A DNA stretch of 63,224 bases, filler included, from Octopus bimaculoides (taxonomy: Eukaryota): NCBI RefSeq assembly GCF_001194135.2. It is 5 parts of 5 records of this genome, joined end to end, with 100 filler letters (N's around TTAATTAATTAA, not from the genome) between each part and the next. Parts side by side here need not be neighbours in the genome. Positions count along the whole stretch, not along the records: positions 26,200 to 39,446 come from NC_069001.1; positions 39,547 to 61,210 come from NC_068992.1; 3 more parts are not named here. The stretch is one strand, 5' to 3'. Made by a program: the position numbers and the translations under genes. Each line of letters opens with the position of its first letter. Position 1 is the first letter of the stretch. A model generated the notes under the pieces. It worked only from the letters and a program-made list of their open reading frames with translations. It was not told the origin of the DNA and did no database searches. Below are positions 36,141-49,013 of the stretch, in pieces.

Positions 36141-36553
36141 TGAGAGAAACGTAATTTGGTATTTCGGGTGTCATTATAAGTGTGGACTACAAACCGTAGT
36201 CTTCCATCGAGTCAGTTTGTCCAAGACAGAGAACGTTATACAAGGCACATAACACATCCGGGTTTGTCTTTTTTTTTTAAGAAATCCATCTTAAGAGTTT
36301 AAGCTACGATAATACATGCAGAATTCTTAAATTTTCTCCAGTCTGAAGTGACCATTGTAAAGCATCTCAAGGTTGTTTCATTTTGAAATATGGTTTCCAC
36401 TGTATATGCGTTTCCGCTGTATATGCGTGAAGAAATATAACGTCATTTTGAAGCCAGATAATCCAAGTTGAAAATGAACAAAACTTATTTTGTACGACAT
36501 ATTTTTTAAAATAGTTTCCGTGCGCTTGAGGTACATTAGACCTCACAACATAC

Positions 36554-36673
36554 CGCCATTCTTGTAAGAAGTGCTCCAGCCCCACGTTTCAAAACAGAGC
36601 TTCTGTCTGTTGTATCTGTCTTGGTTCTTACAGGTGCAGGCAGCTTGGAAACATCTTTGAAACGTTCTTGAAA
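36554..36673 (-). CDS. Candidate internal coding exon, 120 nt (FQERFKDVSKLPAPVRTKTDTTDRSSVLKRGAGALLTRMA in phase 0)
   Basis: Acceptor attttacaactgtccag|T and donor GCG|gtatgt. Phase-compatible with 39684-39726 upstream and with the acceptor at 35070 downstream. A second frame is also open. Confidence 0.35.
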
Positions 36674-37958
36674 CTGGACAGTTGTAAAATATCCATTGTC
36701 ATATCGACACAGGCAGTTTAGTAGTGTTTCCTCTGTTGTTGGGGGTGGGGTGGGATAGGGAGGGCTAGTCCAACATCTTGTCATGTCTGCTTTTCTTTCA
36801 TGAGATTCATGAATGAGGCACATTGACGCAGCGTGAAATTATATGCATTTACTCACAAACGTATACATGCATCAACACATATACATCATATATATACATA
36901 TGTATATACATATATACATACGTATATATATNNNNNNNNNNNNNNNNNNNNNNNNNNNNNNNNNNNNNNNNNNNNNNNNNNNNNNNNNNNNNNNNNNNNN
37001 NNNNNNNNNNNNNNNNNNNNNNNNNNNNNNNNNNNNNNNNNNNNNNNNNNNNNNNNNNNNNNNNNNNNNNNNNNNNNNNNNNNNNNNNNNNNNNNNNNNN
37101 NNNNNNNNNNNNNNNNNNNNNNNNNNNNNNNNNNNNNNNNNNNNNNNNNNNNNNNNNNNNNNNNNNNNNNNNNNNNNNNNNNNNNNNNNNNNNNNNNNNN
37201 NNNNNNNNNNNNNNNNNNNNNNNNNNNNNNNNNNNNNNNNNNNNNNNNNNNNNNNNNNNNNNNNNNNNNNNNNNNNNNNNNNNNNNNNNNNNNNNNNNNN
37301 NNNNNNNNNNNNNNNNNNNNNNNNNNNNNNNNNNNNNNNNNNNNNNNNNNNNNNNNNNNNNNNNNNNNNNNNNNNNNNNNNNNNNNNNNNNNNNNNNNNN
37401 NNNNNNNNNNNNNNNNNNNNNNNNNNNNNNNNNNNNNNNNNNNNNNNNNNNNNNNNNNNNNNNNNNNNNNNNNNNNNNNNNNNNNNNNNNNNNNNNNNNN
37501 NNNNNNNNNNNNNNNNNNNNNNNNNNNNNNNNNNTGGTGGTGGTGGTGGTGGTGGTGGTGCTAGTGGTTGGTTGGTTGGTTGATGGTAGTGGTGATGGTG
37601 GTGGTGGTGGTTGGGGGGAGTGTAGAATAGGGGTGAGGTGAGGGTAACAAGGTGGTGGGTGGTGGGGGGGTAGTGGCTGTGTTACGATTATGACATTTAA
37701 ACCTGTGAACGTCCTTGTCTTTTGCTCGGTCGGTCTGGTGTGGCGTCTGAAGGCCAAACTGAGTACAGAGTTGTCTTTAAAGGTTGTGACTTGATCAAAA
37801 TACCAAGTTGGCATTTGTCTCAGGCCCTGCCCCAGAACTTACACCTTGCAAGCCTCTGCTCCCACATTGGTGAAATTGAATTAAAAAAAAATAAAAATAG
37901 AAAAGAAGAAAAACGAAACAATAATAATAATAATAATAATTAAAATAATAATAATAAC

Positions 37959-38003
<45 letters not shown>

Positions 38004-38022
38004 TGTAGTAATAATATAAATG

Positions 38023-38061
<39 letters not shown>

Positions 38062-38144
38062 ATAAAATGATAATAATACCGAAAATAATAAAATCTATAT
38101 AAATAATAAGAACAATAATAATAATTGTTGTCGTTGTTTCTAAC

Positions 38145-38187
<43 letters not shown>

Positions 38188-38851
38188 TAATAATAATAAT
38201 AATGATGATGATGATAATAATAATAGTGATGGTAATAACGATAAAGGGTGGTGAGAGCGAAAATAAAACTAGTAATGTTAATAATAATAATAACACGAAA
38301 CAATATCTAAACAAATACAACAACAACAACAACAACAACGTTGCAACAGTGAAAAGGACAGAGAGATTAAAATAACCATTAATATGGATAACAAATAAAT
38401 AAATAAATATATAAATGTAAACACTCGCGTGCACACACAGATATATATATATATATTGATAGATAAATATAGATAGATAGATGGATAGATGGATAGTTAT
38501 ACACATGTAAAATATGGGGTGTGCGTGTGTTTATACACATGTGTTTAGAAAAGTTTGTGTTATTTCTAAATGCATGTGCGTGTATGCGTGCGCGCGTGTT
38601 TATACATACATATATGCATACATACATACATACATACATGGTTGCATGCATGCATGCATACATACACGTATAAACACGCGCTCGCTCGCGCGCGCGCTTG
38701 TAGTTAGAGGAATCTATAATCAACGTTGAACGATAAAAAAATATAAATGAACGGGTGAGCACTTTACGATAGAGATGATATCTATAATGATGATAATGAT
38801 GGTGATGATGATGATGATGATGATGGTGGTGGTGATGATGATGGTGATGAC

Positions 38852-38892
<41 letters not shown>

Positions 38893-38907
38893 CGTTGATG
38901 ATGATGA

Positions 38908-38938
<31 letters not shown>

Positions 38939-39400
38939 GGCGATGCTGTAGCTATTGATGATGATGATGGTGGTGATGGTGTGATTAGGAAGGTGGAGCA
39001 CGTAGAGAATGAGGAGTAGGAGGAGGAAAGGAGTAGGCGTAGGAGGAGGGTGGGGGGGCCGACAAGAACTCCGAGGTGCAAGAGAAACACGACGGGGGAG
39101 AGAAGGAGGAAGGGGTGAGAAGAGGAGGAGGAGGAGGAGGAGGAGGAGGAAAAAGACAGCGACAGAGACGAAGATGATGATGATGTTAATTGTGATGACG
39201 ATGATGAGGACGATGACGATGATGATGATGATGGTGCTTTTTCTTTTATCATCGTTAAAATGTTAACGTGTTTCACCTTTCAGAAAAATATAACAGAAAG
39301 ACACACACACACACATATCCATCTGTACATACATACATATATACATATATATGTGTATATGCATGTAGTATGTATGCATATATATATATATATATATGTA

Positions 39401-39446
<46 letters not shown>

Positions 39447-39683
39447 NNNNNNNNNNNNNNNNNNNNNNNNNNNNNNNNNNNNNNNNNNNNTTAATTAATT
39501 AANNNNNNNNNNNNNNNNNNNNNNNNNNNNNNNNNNNNNNNNNNNNCACACACACACACAAACAAAACGTAATGGAAGAAATGTTGTGACCGTTCGCTAT
39601 GCAACAATTGTCAGATTTCCTATATGTTATACTAAACCAGTTTTAAAATAAGACAAGGTGGCCATCTTCGGAATGTCATTTAC

Positions 39684-39726
39684 CGTAGATCTGCGTACAC
39701 GTAACTCGGTTAGTTTTGAATCACAT
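39684..39726 (-). CDS. Candidate 43-nt coding exon (RCDSKLTELRVRRST)
   Basis: Long pyrimidine acceptor ...cttttacatctgttgtag|A and donor ACG|gtaaat. The only open frame is the one that joins the two neighbouring candidates. Confidence 0.35.
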
Positions 39727-40333
39727 CTACAACAGATGTAAAAGCACGAACAGACAGAAATAAATATGCAGAGATTAATATATCTGAAGAAATGCGAATG
39801 GGAAATGCCTTCCGCCTCCACCGTCACAGTCAAAGTAGAATATCGCAAGAGAAAGCTGAACGCCGAAGTGACAGAACGAAATTTAAGTCGAGAAAAATTG
39901 CTAAGAGAATTATTTGAAATTTGGCACTCGAAAGTAAACACACACTCGCACGCACTCTCATAAATCTCTTTCACTACCACACTCTTTAAATATATATATA
40001 TGTATATATATACATATATAAAGATAGATACATACATACATACACATATACGTATACACACACATACACATACGAGATGAATTTGAAAGTACAGAGATAA
40101 CATATTAGAATCAATTTAAATTTAATTATATTTTAATATACATGAATAAACTTGACCGATTTCTCATTACCTTTTCGAAAGTGTATAGTGTATAGTGTAT
40201 AGTGTATGGAGCTATGTCACGAATTAAGTTCATTCTGGCCGTTGTTATAAAAGGGAATCAATGCAATGAAGACTACATTCGATAAACAATATTCACTTTA
40301 GGATGAGATTATATATTTATCGTCAACAAATAC

Positions 40334-40479
40334 CGGATCCCGAAACAGGACATATTCCAGTTTGTGAACAACTGGATATATTCGCGGAATCCAACTTTCT
40401 GAAATTTCTTGTCTTTCTCTTCAATCAATTTTCGGGCTCTACTCCGTTTACCAAAAATTACAAGCCACTGCAGAACAGG
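40334..40479 (-). CDS. Candidate 146-nt coding exon (PVLQWLVIFGKRSRARKLIEEKDKKFQKVGFREYIQLFTNWNMSCFGI)
   Basis: Acceptor atgtctttcatag|C with an in-frame stop at the boundary, and donor CCG|gtattt. One frame is open and the composition is protein-like. Confidence 0.35.
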
Positions 40480-40543
40480 CTATGAAAGACATGTGTAACA
40501 CACGATTCATTTTCGTGTAAATTAATATTGAAGAATGTCTACT

Positions 40544-40959
40544 TGGTTAGCAGTTATATGTTACGATTCAGTATTGCTACTGTTTACATATCGCTCAGGT
40601 ATTTAATATAGCTTATTTCTCCTTTTTCGAGATCAGCGACGGTCTGTCATCTTGAAGAGCATATAGTATTTTGCGAGTGGATTGAGTTTTCAATCACAAG
40701 CTGGTGATTAACACACGCTGAGGACGGGTAACCACCCAGAAATTTGAGTTAGTGTGCATCATGTAGGGCTAGGGATTGTAGCGAATACTAATTGGACACA
40801 GAATGTGTGTCGTTAGCCAGCTGGAGGAGGTGTCTTTCTGGGGCTATAAACATCAGTAACACTGTCCCGTATAGGACGCCACACCTGGTTGGCAATTATA
40901 TGTTACGATTCCGTATTGCTACTGTTTACATCTCGCTCAGAGATTTAATACAGCTTATT
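40544..40959 (+). mobile_element. 342-bp unit with 74-bp terminal direct repeats and an internal hammerhead motif (Penelope pLTR or non-LTR retrozyme-like)
   Basis: 40544-40617 versus 40886-40959 show 7 mismatches in 74 bp. The hammerhead is at 40712-40756. Confidence 0.6.
40712..40756 (+). ncRNA. Hammerhead ribozyme motif, type I, degenerate
   Basis: Stem I cacac/gtgtg, CTGAGGA at 40718-40724, stem II gggt-aacc-accc, GAAA at 40739-40742, a short stem III and a GTT triplet. Two junction pairs are mismatched. Confidence 0.55.
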
Positions 40960-41783
40960 GTTATATCACTTATTCATTCATATCTTTCTTTTCTATCTGT
41001 CATATGACATATTCAATGGAAAGAAGCTTTTTATTGGACCTTCTCATCCGCTTCTCACATTAGCGTAATAGATGGAAGCTGACCAATTAAGTTGCATGTT
41101 ACCGGATAGTATTCTAAACCGCATTCTTACTTTAAAAACAGACTTTCATAACAACGGCCAGAATACAACAATTCGTGACACATCTTTATACAATATACAT
41201 TTTGAAAATCTAATATGAGACCAGTCAAGTGTTTCCTGTATTTTAAAATATAATTAAATTATATTGTGAACGTCACGTGAATTTTATCAATATTAAAGTT
41301 AAAGTGAGGTGCTCACTTTTGAGAGCAGTGGATAACAGGAGATCATAAGTGCTATAAATGATAGTATGTAAATATCGGGATGAAAAGCATTTTTAGAATG
41401 AAAAGATGAGAAGGCAGCCATTAGAGGATTTCTATCATAAGCAGCGTTATATGTCTCGCAATCCACTGTTCCCTAAAAGATATATGTATCTACGTAGTTA
41501 TGTATATGTATATGTATGTATGTATGTATGCATGTACCTATATATAGATACACACATATATTATGTATGCTTATATGTGTGAATGCATGAATCTTTTGTG
41601 CCTGCATATGTCTGTACTTGTGTTTGAATGCGCATACGAACGCACACACATACATTCACAAGTGCGCGATTGTATATATTTTTATAAGAATGAACTGGAA
41701 ATCAATCGGAGCATACATTTTTAACATGCATTTCAATTTGGAAAAAAGGAAATGAATTTTTGGATAAAAATCACACACACACA

Positions 41784-41844
<61 letters not shown>

Positions 41845-42288
41845 GCACACCCACACACACACACACAGAGTCAATATGTGAGATCTAGTGAAGCTGAATA
41901 TGGAAAACACGTACTCATGCTCAGACGATTTTAACTTTATCACCGAAGTCTTTATCGAGGGTCTGGTACACAAAGTAAAGACAGGTTATAAGTGTAATCT
42001 TGTTGGGTTGTTATGGAGATAGTGATGTAGATAAACACGATTAAGCTTGATATATATAAATATACATGACTTTTGGATATTCTATTTCCCAATTATGAAC
42101 ATCACAAGCATGAGGTAAATCTGAACTCCCAGAAACAGCTGTTGAGTTAAAAATGCGTTTCTGCACTTAGTCGAGTGTATTGTTATACTCAATGGGAAAC
42201 TAACTTCATTTCTCAGTATATAAAAATATCTGTGCTTATACATGTGTGTTTATCTTGAATACGTTTAGTTCTCACTCTCTCTCTCTCG

Positions 42289-42340
<52 letters not shown>

Positions 42341-45300
42341 ATATATATATATATATATCCCTAGATAATATAAAGGGTTTACTTTCAAAACCAGATATAT
42401 GCATCGGAATGATTTTTGAGTAAGTTTAAACATTTTTTTAAAACAACGACTTGAATATACCTGATTTTGATTGGAAAACTAGTATTCACCTACGGTTTAT
42501 ATGGCATCTCTTCCAGTTTGACTGAAAATTTTTTAATGATTGTTATGAAATTGACCAAATAGACCCTTATACCTCACTTGAAAGTAATTTCCTTGGTGAA
42601 TATGTATGTATATTTATATTTATTATACCGTTTTATAGTACATTGAACATACTTTTATCTCTCCTAACGTCATGCTTATGTGCTCACCAGATAAGAAAAA
42701 AGGTCAATGCATGCACGTATAGAAGTGAAGAATGTATCTGTGTATAAGGGTGGCAGGGTTTGTAGAAGAACGTGAAACAAAGACGTTCGTTCCTGTGATT
42801 AATTCTTCCATTGGCAAAATATTTTTTGTCTTTTTCTTTCAGTTACATAGCATAATCTGTTATTTTTAAGAAATAAGTCTCCGCATTCTTACTGAACTTC
42901 CAATCTAATGTTATGAGTTTAGTCTTGTTTTACTGCGATTAAGAAATTATTTTTACTTCCACCGTGAAAGAGTTTATTATCCAGGATTAAAATCCTGAGA
43001 TAAATCCTTAAATCTGTTGGTCTCCTTGAATCCAGTCACTTCCGAAGGAAAATATCGAAGTTATTTCAGTAAATAGGAAGACATTTAAGAAAATTTTTAA
43101 AAAAAGAAAAAAAAAACGGCATATTTTCATGGAGACTCTGAAATATTCACTACCGAATTTTTCTAAGCGTATCAATTAATACTGTGTGACTTTGTATTAT
43201 GCAGCGTAAGAGACAGCTGCGCTCTGCTTGATAAAATGTCGTCTCTTTCGACAGCTTATTTTTAGATCTTCTCCCTCATCTAAGGGGTCTTATTTTGTTA
43301 AGTGTACGAAAACGAAGAGAACTAACGCAAGAAACCTACCAAAAGCGAAGTAGGTAATTTTATGTTTTACTAATGCTACATTCCTGTGTGAATTTTCTTC
43401 ATTCAATCATCTATGCAATACTTTCGCCACATTTATTTGGTTGTCTTTAATCAGTTAGGATGTAGATTAATTCAACATGACTGAAATAACTCGAGGTTAC
43501 ATAGAGAATATCAACATAAATTCAGGATAACGAATGACGATTAATTTTATTCTCTCAATATCAGTTGAAATCTTTTCCAGCCTAGCATTTCTATATCAAT
43601 CTTTAAAGCAGTTTGAATAAGTTTAATAGCTCTCACAAAACTAATCACTAGTATCGCTAGAAGTACACTACCTAACCAAAATAGGTGACGGCTTGCCCTA
43701 ATAAACGTCTTATTGCATTTCCTGTTTTACAGAAATACTCTTTATACAGAACAGATGTAATCTCTTTATAAATTATTATCTTTGCCTTATAAGATTTTCT
43801 TATCGATACATTTTATTCTCCTTCCAATCTAAAATTTCTGGTACATTCCCTAAATTGTTGTGTTATGGAAGATGTAACATGCGTGGTGGACAGATAAAAC
43901 ATTAATACAGAACCAGAAATATTTCCTATATTGTAGGTAATTCAATATATCTTAGTGAATATCAAATATTTCTATTATTGTGACAGGAATCAGCGTAAAA
44001 ATGTCAGCTTTAGCTGTTAATTTGAATACCTCAAATTACAGTTTCTATTTCTGTGTCTTTCTTCCCGTTTATCTGTATGTTTGTGTGTACATATATATGC
44101 ATATATAGATACACACACACTGCATACATTCACACAATCATGCGCACATACATACTGTGTGCATATATTCTGTAGAATCTGTGCATATATATATTTGTCT
44201 GCATATGTGCATGTATGCAGAAATGCGGGTTTTGAAGTTGTACGTTTGGAATTATTGTTTTCTGTAGTTATTTGATAGATAGTGGAATATTTAGGTTAAT
44301 TCATACAAAATTAAATAAGATAATCCAACATACACATGAAAAGATTCATTCAAGATTATTCGTGACGTATATATANNNNNNNNNNNNNNNNNNNNNNNNN
44401 NNNNNNNNNNNNNNNNNNNNNNNNNNNNNNNNNNNNNNNNNNNNNNNNNNNNNNNNNNNNNNNNNNNNNNNNNNNNNNNNNNNNNNNNNNNNNNNNNNNN
44501 NNNNNNNNNNNNNNNNNNNNNNNNNNNNNNNNNNNNNNNNNNNNNNNNNNNNNNNNNNNNNNNNNNNNNNNNNNNNNNNNNNNNNNNNNNNNNNNNNNNN
44601 NNNNNNNNNNNNNNNNNNNNNNNNNNNNNNNNNNNNNNNNNATAAATATATATAAAAGATACGAATAATGTCGAACTAATATAAATCTGATTATTCTAAA
44701 AAGCACTATGTTCCACAATCTGACGGTTGCTATTTCACTGAATGTGTAACGTGCCGGGCAACATAACCCACTGTATTTTGCTTCGTCGTAACCATTAACA
44801 TAAGTAAATGGTTCTCCGTCAGTTTCGACAATGAGTAGTGGGTCCTTCTACGAACTCTATTACTACTTGAATTAGCTTGCGAGTGACTTGGCAATCCATA
44901 ATCACGTGTAAATTTAGCTAATTTCTAAGAGACAACTCTTCATGTCAAGGTTGTAATATTAAATTGCTTTTACAATCTGTGCAACAGATCCCAACGGTTC
45001 CATCTCTTAAGTTTCACTCGCAAACTTGAGTCGATCTGAAGCTATGGTAAACGACATCTGCATCAATACTACGCTGTAGGATTGAACCTGTTAGCTCTTA
45101 AGTGCAAAGCAAACGTTTTAAACAAATGGCCATACCACATCGATAAAATTCGCACCAATCTACAAATGAGGTGGGATTTCTTTACTTTAATCAATACATG
45201 CAATGGTAGGCCCTACTATTTTGTTCTACTGTGCAGCTCTTTGTATTTTAAACAAGCGGGTAAATATTTAGGGGTTTTCCCCTAACGTATATTTTGCTAT

Positions 45301-46474
45301 TAAATAAAGGTCATCCACTCACGGTAATAATACGTTTGGTTGAAATACACTGAGCTGCAAACATTCTATCGAATCCCCATTCCCCTCACAGCTATTGTTT
45401 TTCAGTTGATCTGCATATAGCTTTAGCTGAGCAGTTTCATATACTTTATCCGTTTTGAAATAGCAGCAAACATCACAGAGTCTCTACTGTTCGCATGAAT
45501 AAATAAAACGTAAATTAATATCAAACTTCTGCTTTTAATGAAGGATTGAAACAGTGTCTTACACTTGAATTACTGATGGTTGACGGTTGATCTAGTATTG
45601 TTGGCTATTGCAATTATTTGTTATTATTATTGTTCTTGCAATGGTATGTTGAAATCAATTTCCATTTCGCTAATATTTAAATTAACAAATCCAATTAAAT
45701 TAGCAACATCAGTAAATCAATGAATGAAATATCTGCCTATATCTAAATGGACAGTATTTTGCTCTTGGAGTTACAGGCTTTCTAATCTGAATCCACTAAC
45801 AAACAAAAATCAATACGGTTCATTATAATCCTTTCTTTTTTCAAAGGTCAAATTATAAACATATAGACCATTTAAGTTTTCTGAAAGCTTATTCATTACT
45901 CATCGCAGAGAAGGGTTTTATTTTTCATCCAAGTATGCATTTAACATGTAACGCCATTCAGTGCTTACGCTTATAACCAATAACCATACTAGTACATCTA
46001 TGATCTAAGCAGTGCTTTGTAGTTGAGACCTGGTAGAAACTAAGCACATTCAAAACTCACACATTACAGCATTATATAATTGAATAAATTTAATTAACAT
46101 TAATTACGAGACTCAAATATGGAAGTGACTTTGAATATTTTTCAGTTATTAGAATTTTATCGTGAAGCATGAGCTTGATCAACGACACCTGTCAGTCAAA
46201 AAGGATGTTTTTCTTGCTTAACATCAAGTTTCTAAGTGCGGCAATGCGAAGGATGTTACCTGCTACACTCCAAAACAAATTAGGGTGCTTCATCCCAACC
46301 GGAAACTGTGCACTCATCAAAATCTCCGGGTTTGGAGTGCGAGGATTCTAGTTGTTGGCCAAATTTTAAACCGAATTTCATTCAATGCCGATATAAGAAC
46401 ATACGAGTGACTGAAGAAAATTCACTACAAAACGAACGCACTAATTATCATATCCCTTGTAATTCGTGTGAAAA

Positions 46475-47520
46475 GCATGTGGACCATATAAAAGCTTTGA
46501 TTAAGAAAATTAAAGAGCACGGATTCACTTTGACACTTAGCGCAAAGTAAAATGCGAATTCTTTTCGCCGCAAATTAGGTACTTAGGGCAAATATTTGAT
46601 AAAAATGGCAGACGGCTTGACCCGTCGATGGCAGACGGAATAAAGACTATGCCTGCTCATACAACTATACCAAAGTTACAATCGTTTCTTGGGCTGGCAA
46701 ACTACTGCCAAATCTACATTCCTAACATGCACAATCTAAGGGCTTGGGCGGTTAAATGCCAAAACGAGTTTGAAGAAATAAAAACATTGTTATAGCAGAT
46801 TTGTCTCTAGGGCATTTCGATCCTGAAATGGACATTGTTGTAGTGTCTCATACTTCGGAGTATGGAATAGGAGTAGTTTTGCTACACAAGCAGATAGCGG
46901 CGGAGAAAAAATACAGCCAGAAAGAAAAAGAAGCCTTATACATTATCTTTGTTGTGAAAACAATTCACATGTTTCTACATGGTAGAAGCTTTCTGTTACA
47001 AACAGATCATCGACCATTGCTATCAATTTATGGGTCAAAGAATGGGTTACCTACCCATACAGCGGACCGACTACAACGTTGGAGTATAACATTACTAAAT
47101 TACAATTGCAAAATGCAATATATTCCATCGAAAAAACAGGACATGTGGACTGTCTATCGAGACTAATTCCCCAAAATACAGAACCACTAAAGGATAACCG
47201 CACTGCAGGCAAAATATGATATAAGAAGTATTATGGCTAATGTTATCCAAGAAGTGCCAGTGACAGCACACAATATAAGAATGAAATCTGCAGGCAATGA
47301 GTGTATTACAAAAATGAAAGAAACTTTAAAAAATAAGCGGAATCAAAACACAAATTCGAGTAGTTTCTCAACATGCGACGATATTCTGATGTATGCGCAA
47401 ATAGTGGTAGTGCCGACTGCATTACAAAAACATGTGTTGGAGCAAATTCCGCAGCGGACACCTGGAAATGTCGAGGAAGAAAACTCTCATGAGGAACACC
47501 TTGAGATAAGGCCCAAATGA
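46475..47520 (+). mobile_element. Ty3/gypsy LTR retrotransposon pol remnant (RT thumb, RNase H, start of integrase; frameshifts and deletions)
   Basis: Peptides IKEHGFTL..CEFFSPQIRYLGQIFD, KLQSFLGLANYCQIYIPNM, AEKKYSQKEKEAL..FLLQTDHRPLLSIYGSK..TADRLQRWSITLLNY, and VVPTALQKHVL. Confidence 0.95.
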
Positions 47521-47599
47521 AAAAGATACTAATAAAAAAATAATAATAAATAAAATTTCTTTATTCCTTCTGAACACGAAATCTTAAAGGGCGGGATAT

Positions 47600-47895
47600 T
47601 GTGGCGCGAGTACAACACGCTCTGACGAGAATAGTCGGGATCACTACATATAAATAGTAGCAGTCTGACGTCGTCGGCAGTTTGTAGTTTGGTTTTCGAA
47701 GCCCTTATACAGTTTACAGTTCGAGTTAGTGTGTTGGAAATATTGATTGATGGTTCGTAAAAGAGTTTGTTCTTTAGGTGCTTGTTACTGTTGCTGTTTC
47801 TTTTTTGTATTGTTATAACACCGTTACAGTGTATTCTTTATCTATCGTTGACAATATCAACCGCGCTTCGATATTGGAGGTGTAAGGATATAACA
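47600..47895 (+). mobile_element. 3' LTR of the gypsy element, about 296 bp
   Basis: Polypurine tract aaagggcggga at 47586-47596, TG start, TATA-like tataaatag, and a tataaCA end. Confidence 0.7.
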
Positions 47896-48372
47896 ACTTT
47901 CCAAACTTCTATATATGTATTTATATACGTGTATTTATGTATGGAAAATATACAATATTCATGTTGAATGACATAGCATATATTTTGCAGACAAATCTCA
48001 TTTATGTGAAATTTACCAAGTACATTTGACTGTTCGGTTTTTTATATATATGGCATTGATCACGTGTTTTTTTTTTTTTGCTTAGGATATGTGTATGTTG
48101 TATACGCTGAGTGTTATTTCAGCACCATGCCGTATTGTGAGTAATGTTTGTTTTTCCTTAATAAAAGAGATATTTGCACAAACGAACACTACGATTCTTC
48201 CAACATATGACAATCTAGAAACCTTGATGCTGCATTCAGGAAGTTTATTGTTCCAAAGGAAATGCAAGTGGCTTAAACAAAAGCATTAAATACAAACCGA
48301 AATAAATAATGACAAAACCCAAACATAGTCGTGATACCATACGAACACACGCATGGATATATACATACATAC

Positions 48373-48414
<42 letters not shown>

Positions 48415-48905
48415 ATATATGAATTTATATGTGTGTGCGCGTCAGTGTGTTCATGTGTGTGCGACTCTGTATGTGTGTATATATTTATGTATGTCTGTGT
48501 GTGTGTCTGTGTACACATGGATATCACATTCACACGCAACGCTAGCAACTTTTATGCCCTATTGATTTTCGAATGCATTTCTTTTCATCACACTGTTATT
48601 TGATGTATACGACAATTACACAACTAAAATCAAATACTCTAGTTGTTGTATTATATTCAGTATGGCATTTTGACGTTAACTAACTGTTTACGTTCCATGT
48701 ATACTGTTCGGCATTCGTTTGCTTCTAGCTTCACAAAATGGAAAAAGACTAACGAGACAGAAAATTTATTGCAATGGGGGGAAAAATAACCGTTTATAAA
48801 TCAAGAGTTTCTGGACTGCTTCTGAAAGATTTTCACACAAATAATATTACTGCGGCGGCACGGTAAATATAAGCAATGTCGTATTCTATATACATCCGTA
48901 CATGT

Positions 48906-48957
<52 letters not shown>

Positions 48958-48967
48958 NNNNNNNNNN

Positions 48968-49013
<46 letters not shown>

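Noticed and set aside
40303-40485. Plus-strand 60-aa ORF MRLYIYRQQIPDPETG...
   Set aside because: It has an acceptor but no donor before the stop. It is antisense to a better-bounded minus-strand candidate. It cannot be excluded without RNA data.
41131-41235. Minus-strand 105-nt exon-like segment with good splice sites
   Set aside because: Its open frame (phase 2 to 2) is incompatible with the 40479 acceptor, and no homology was recognised.
48729-48863. Plus-strand exon-like segment with internal ATG (MGGKITVYKSRVSG...)
   Set aside because: All three frames are closed from the acceptor, there is an upstream ATG-stop, and no compatible downstream exon was found.
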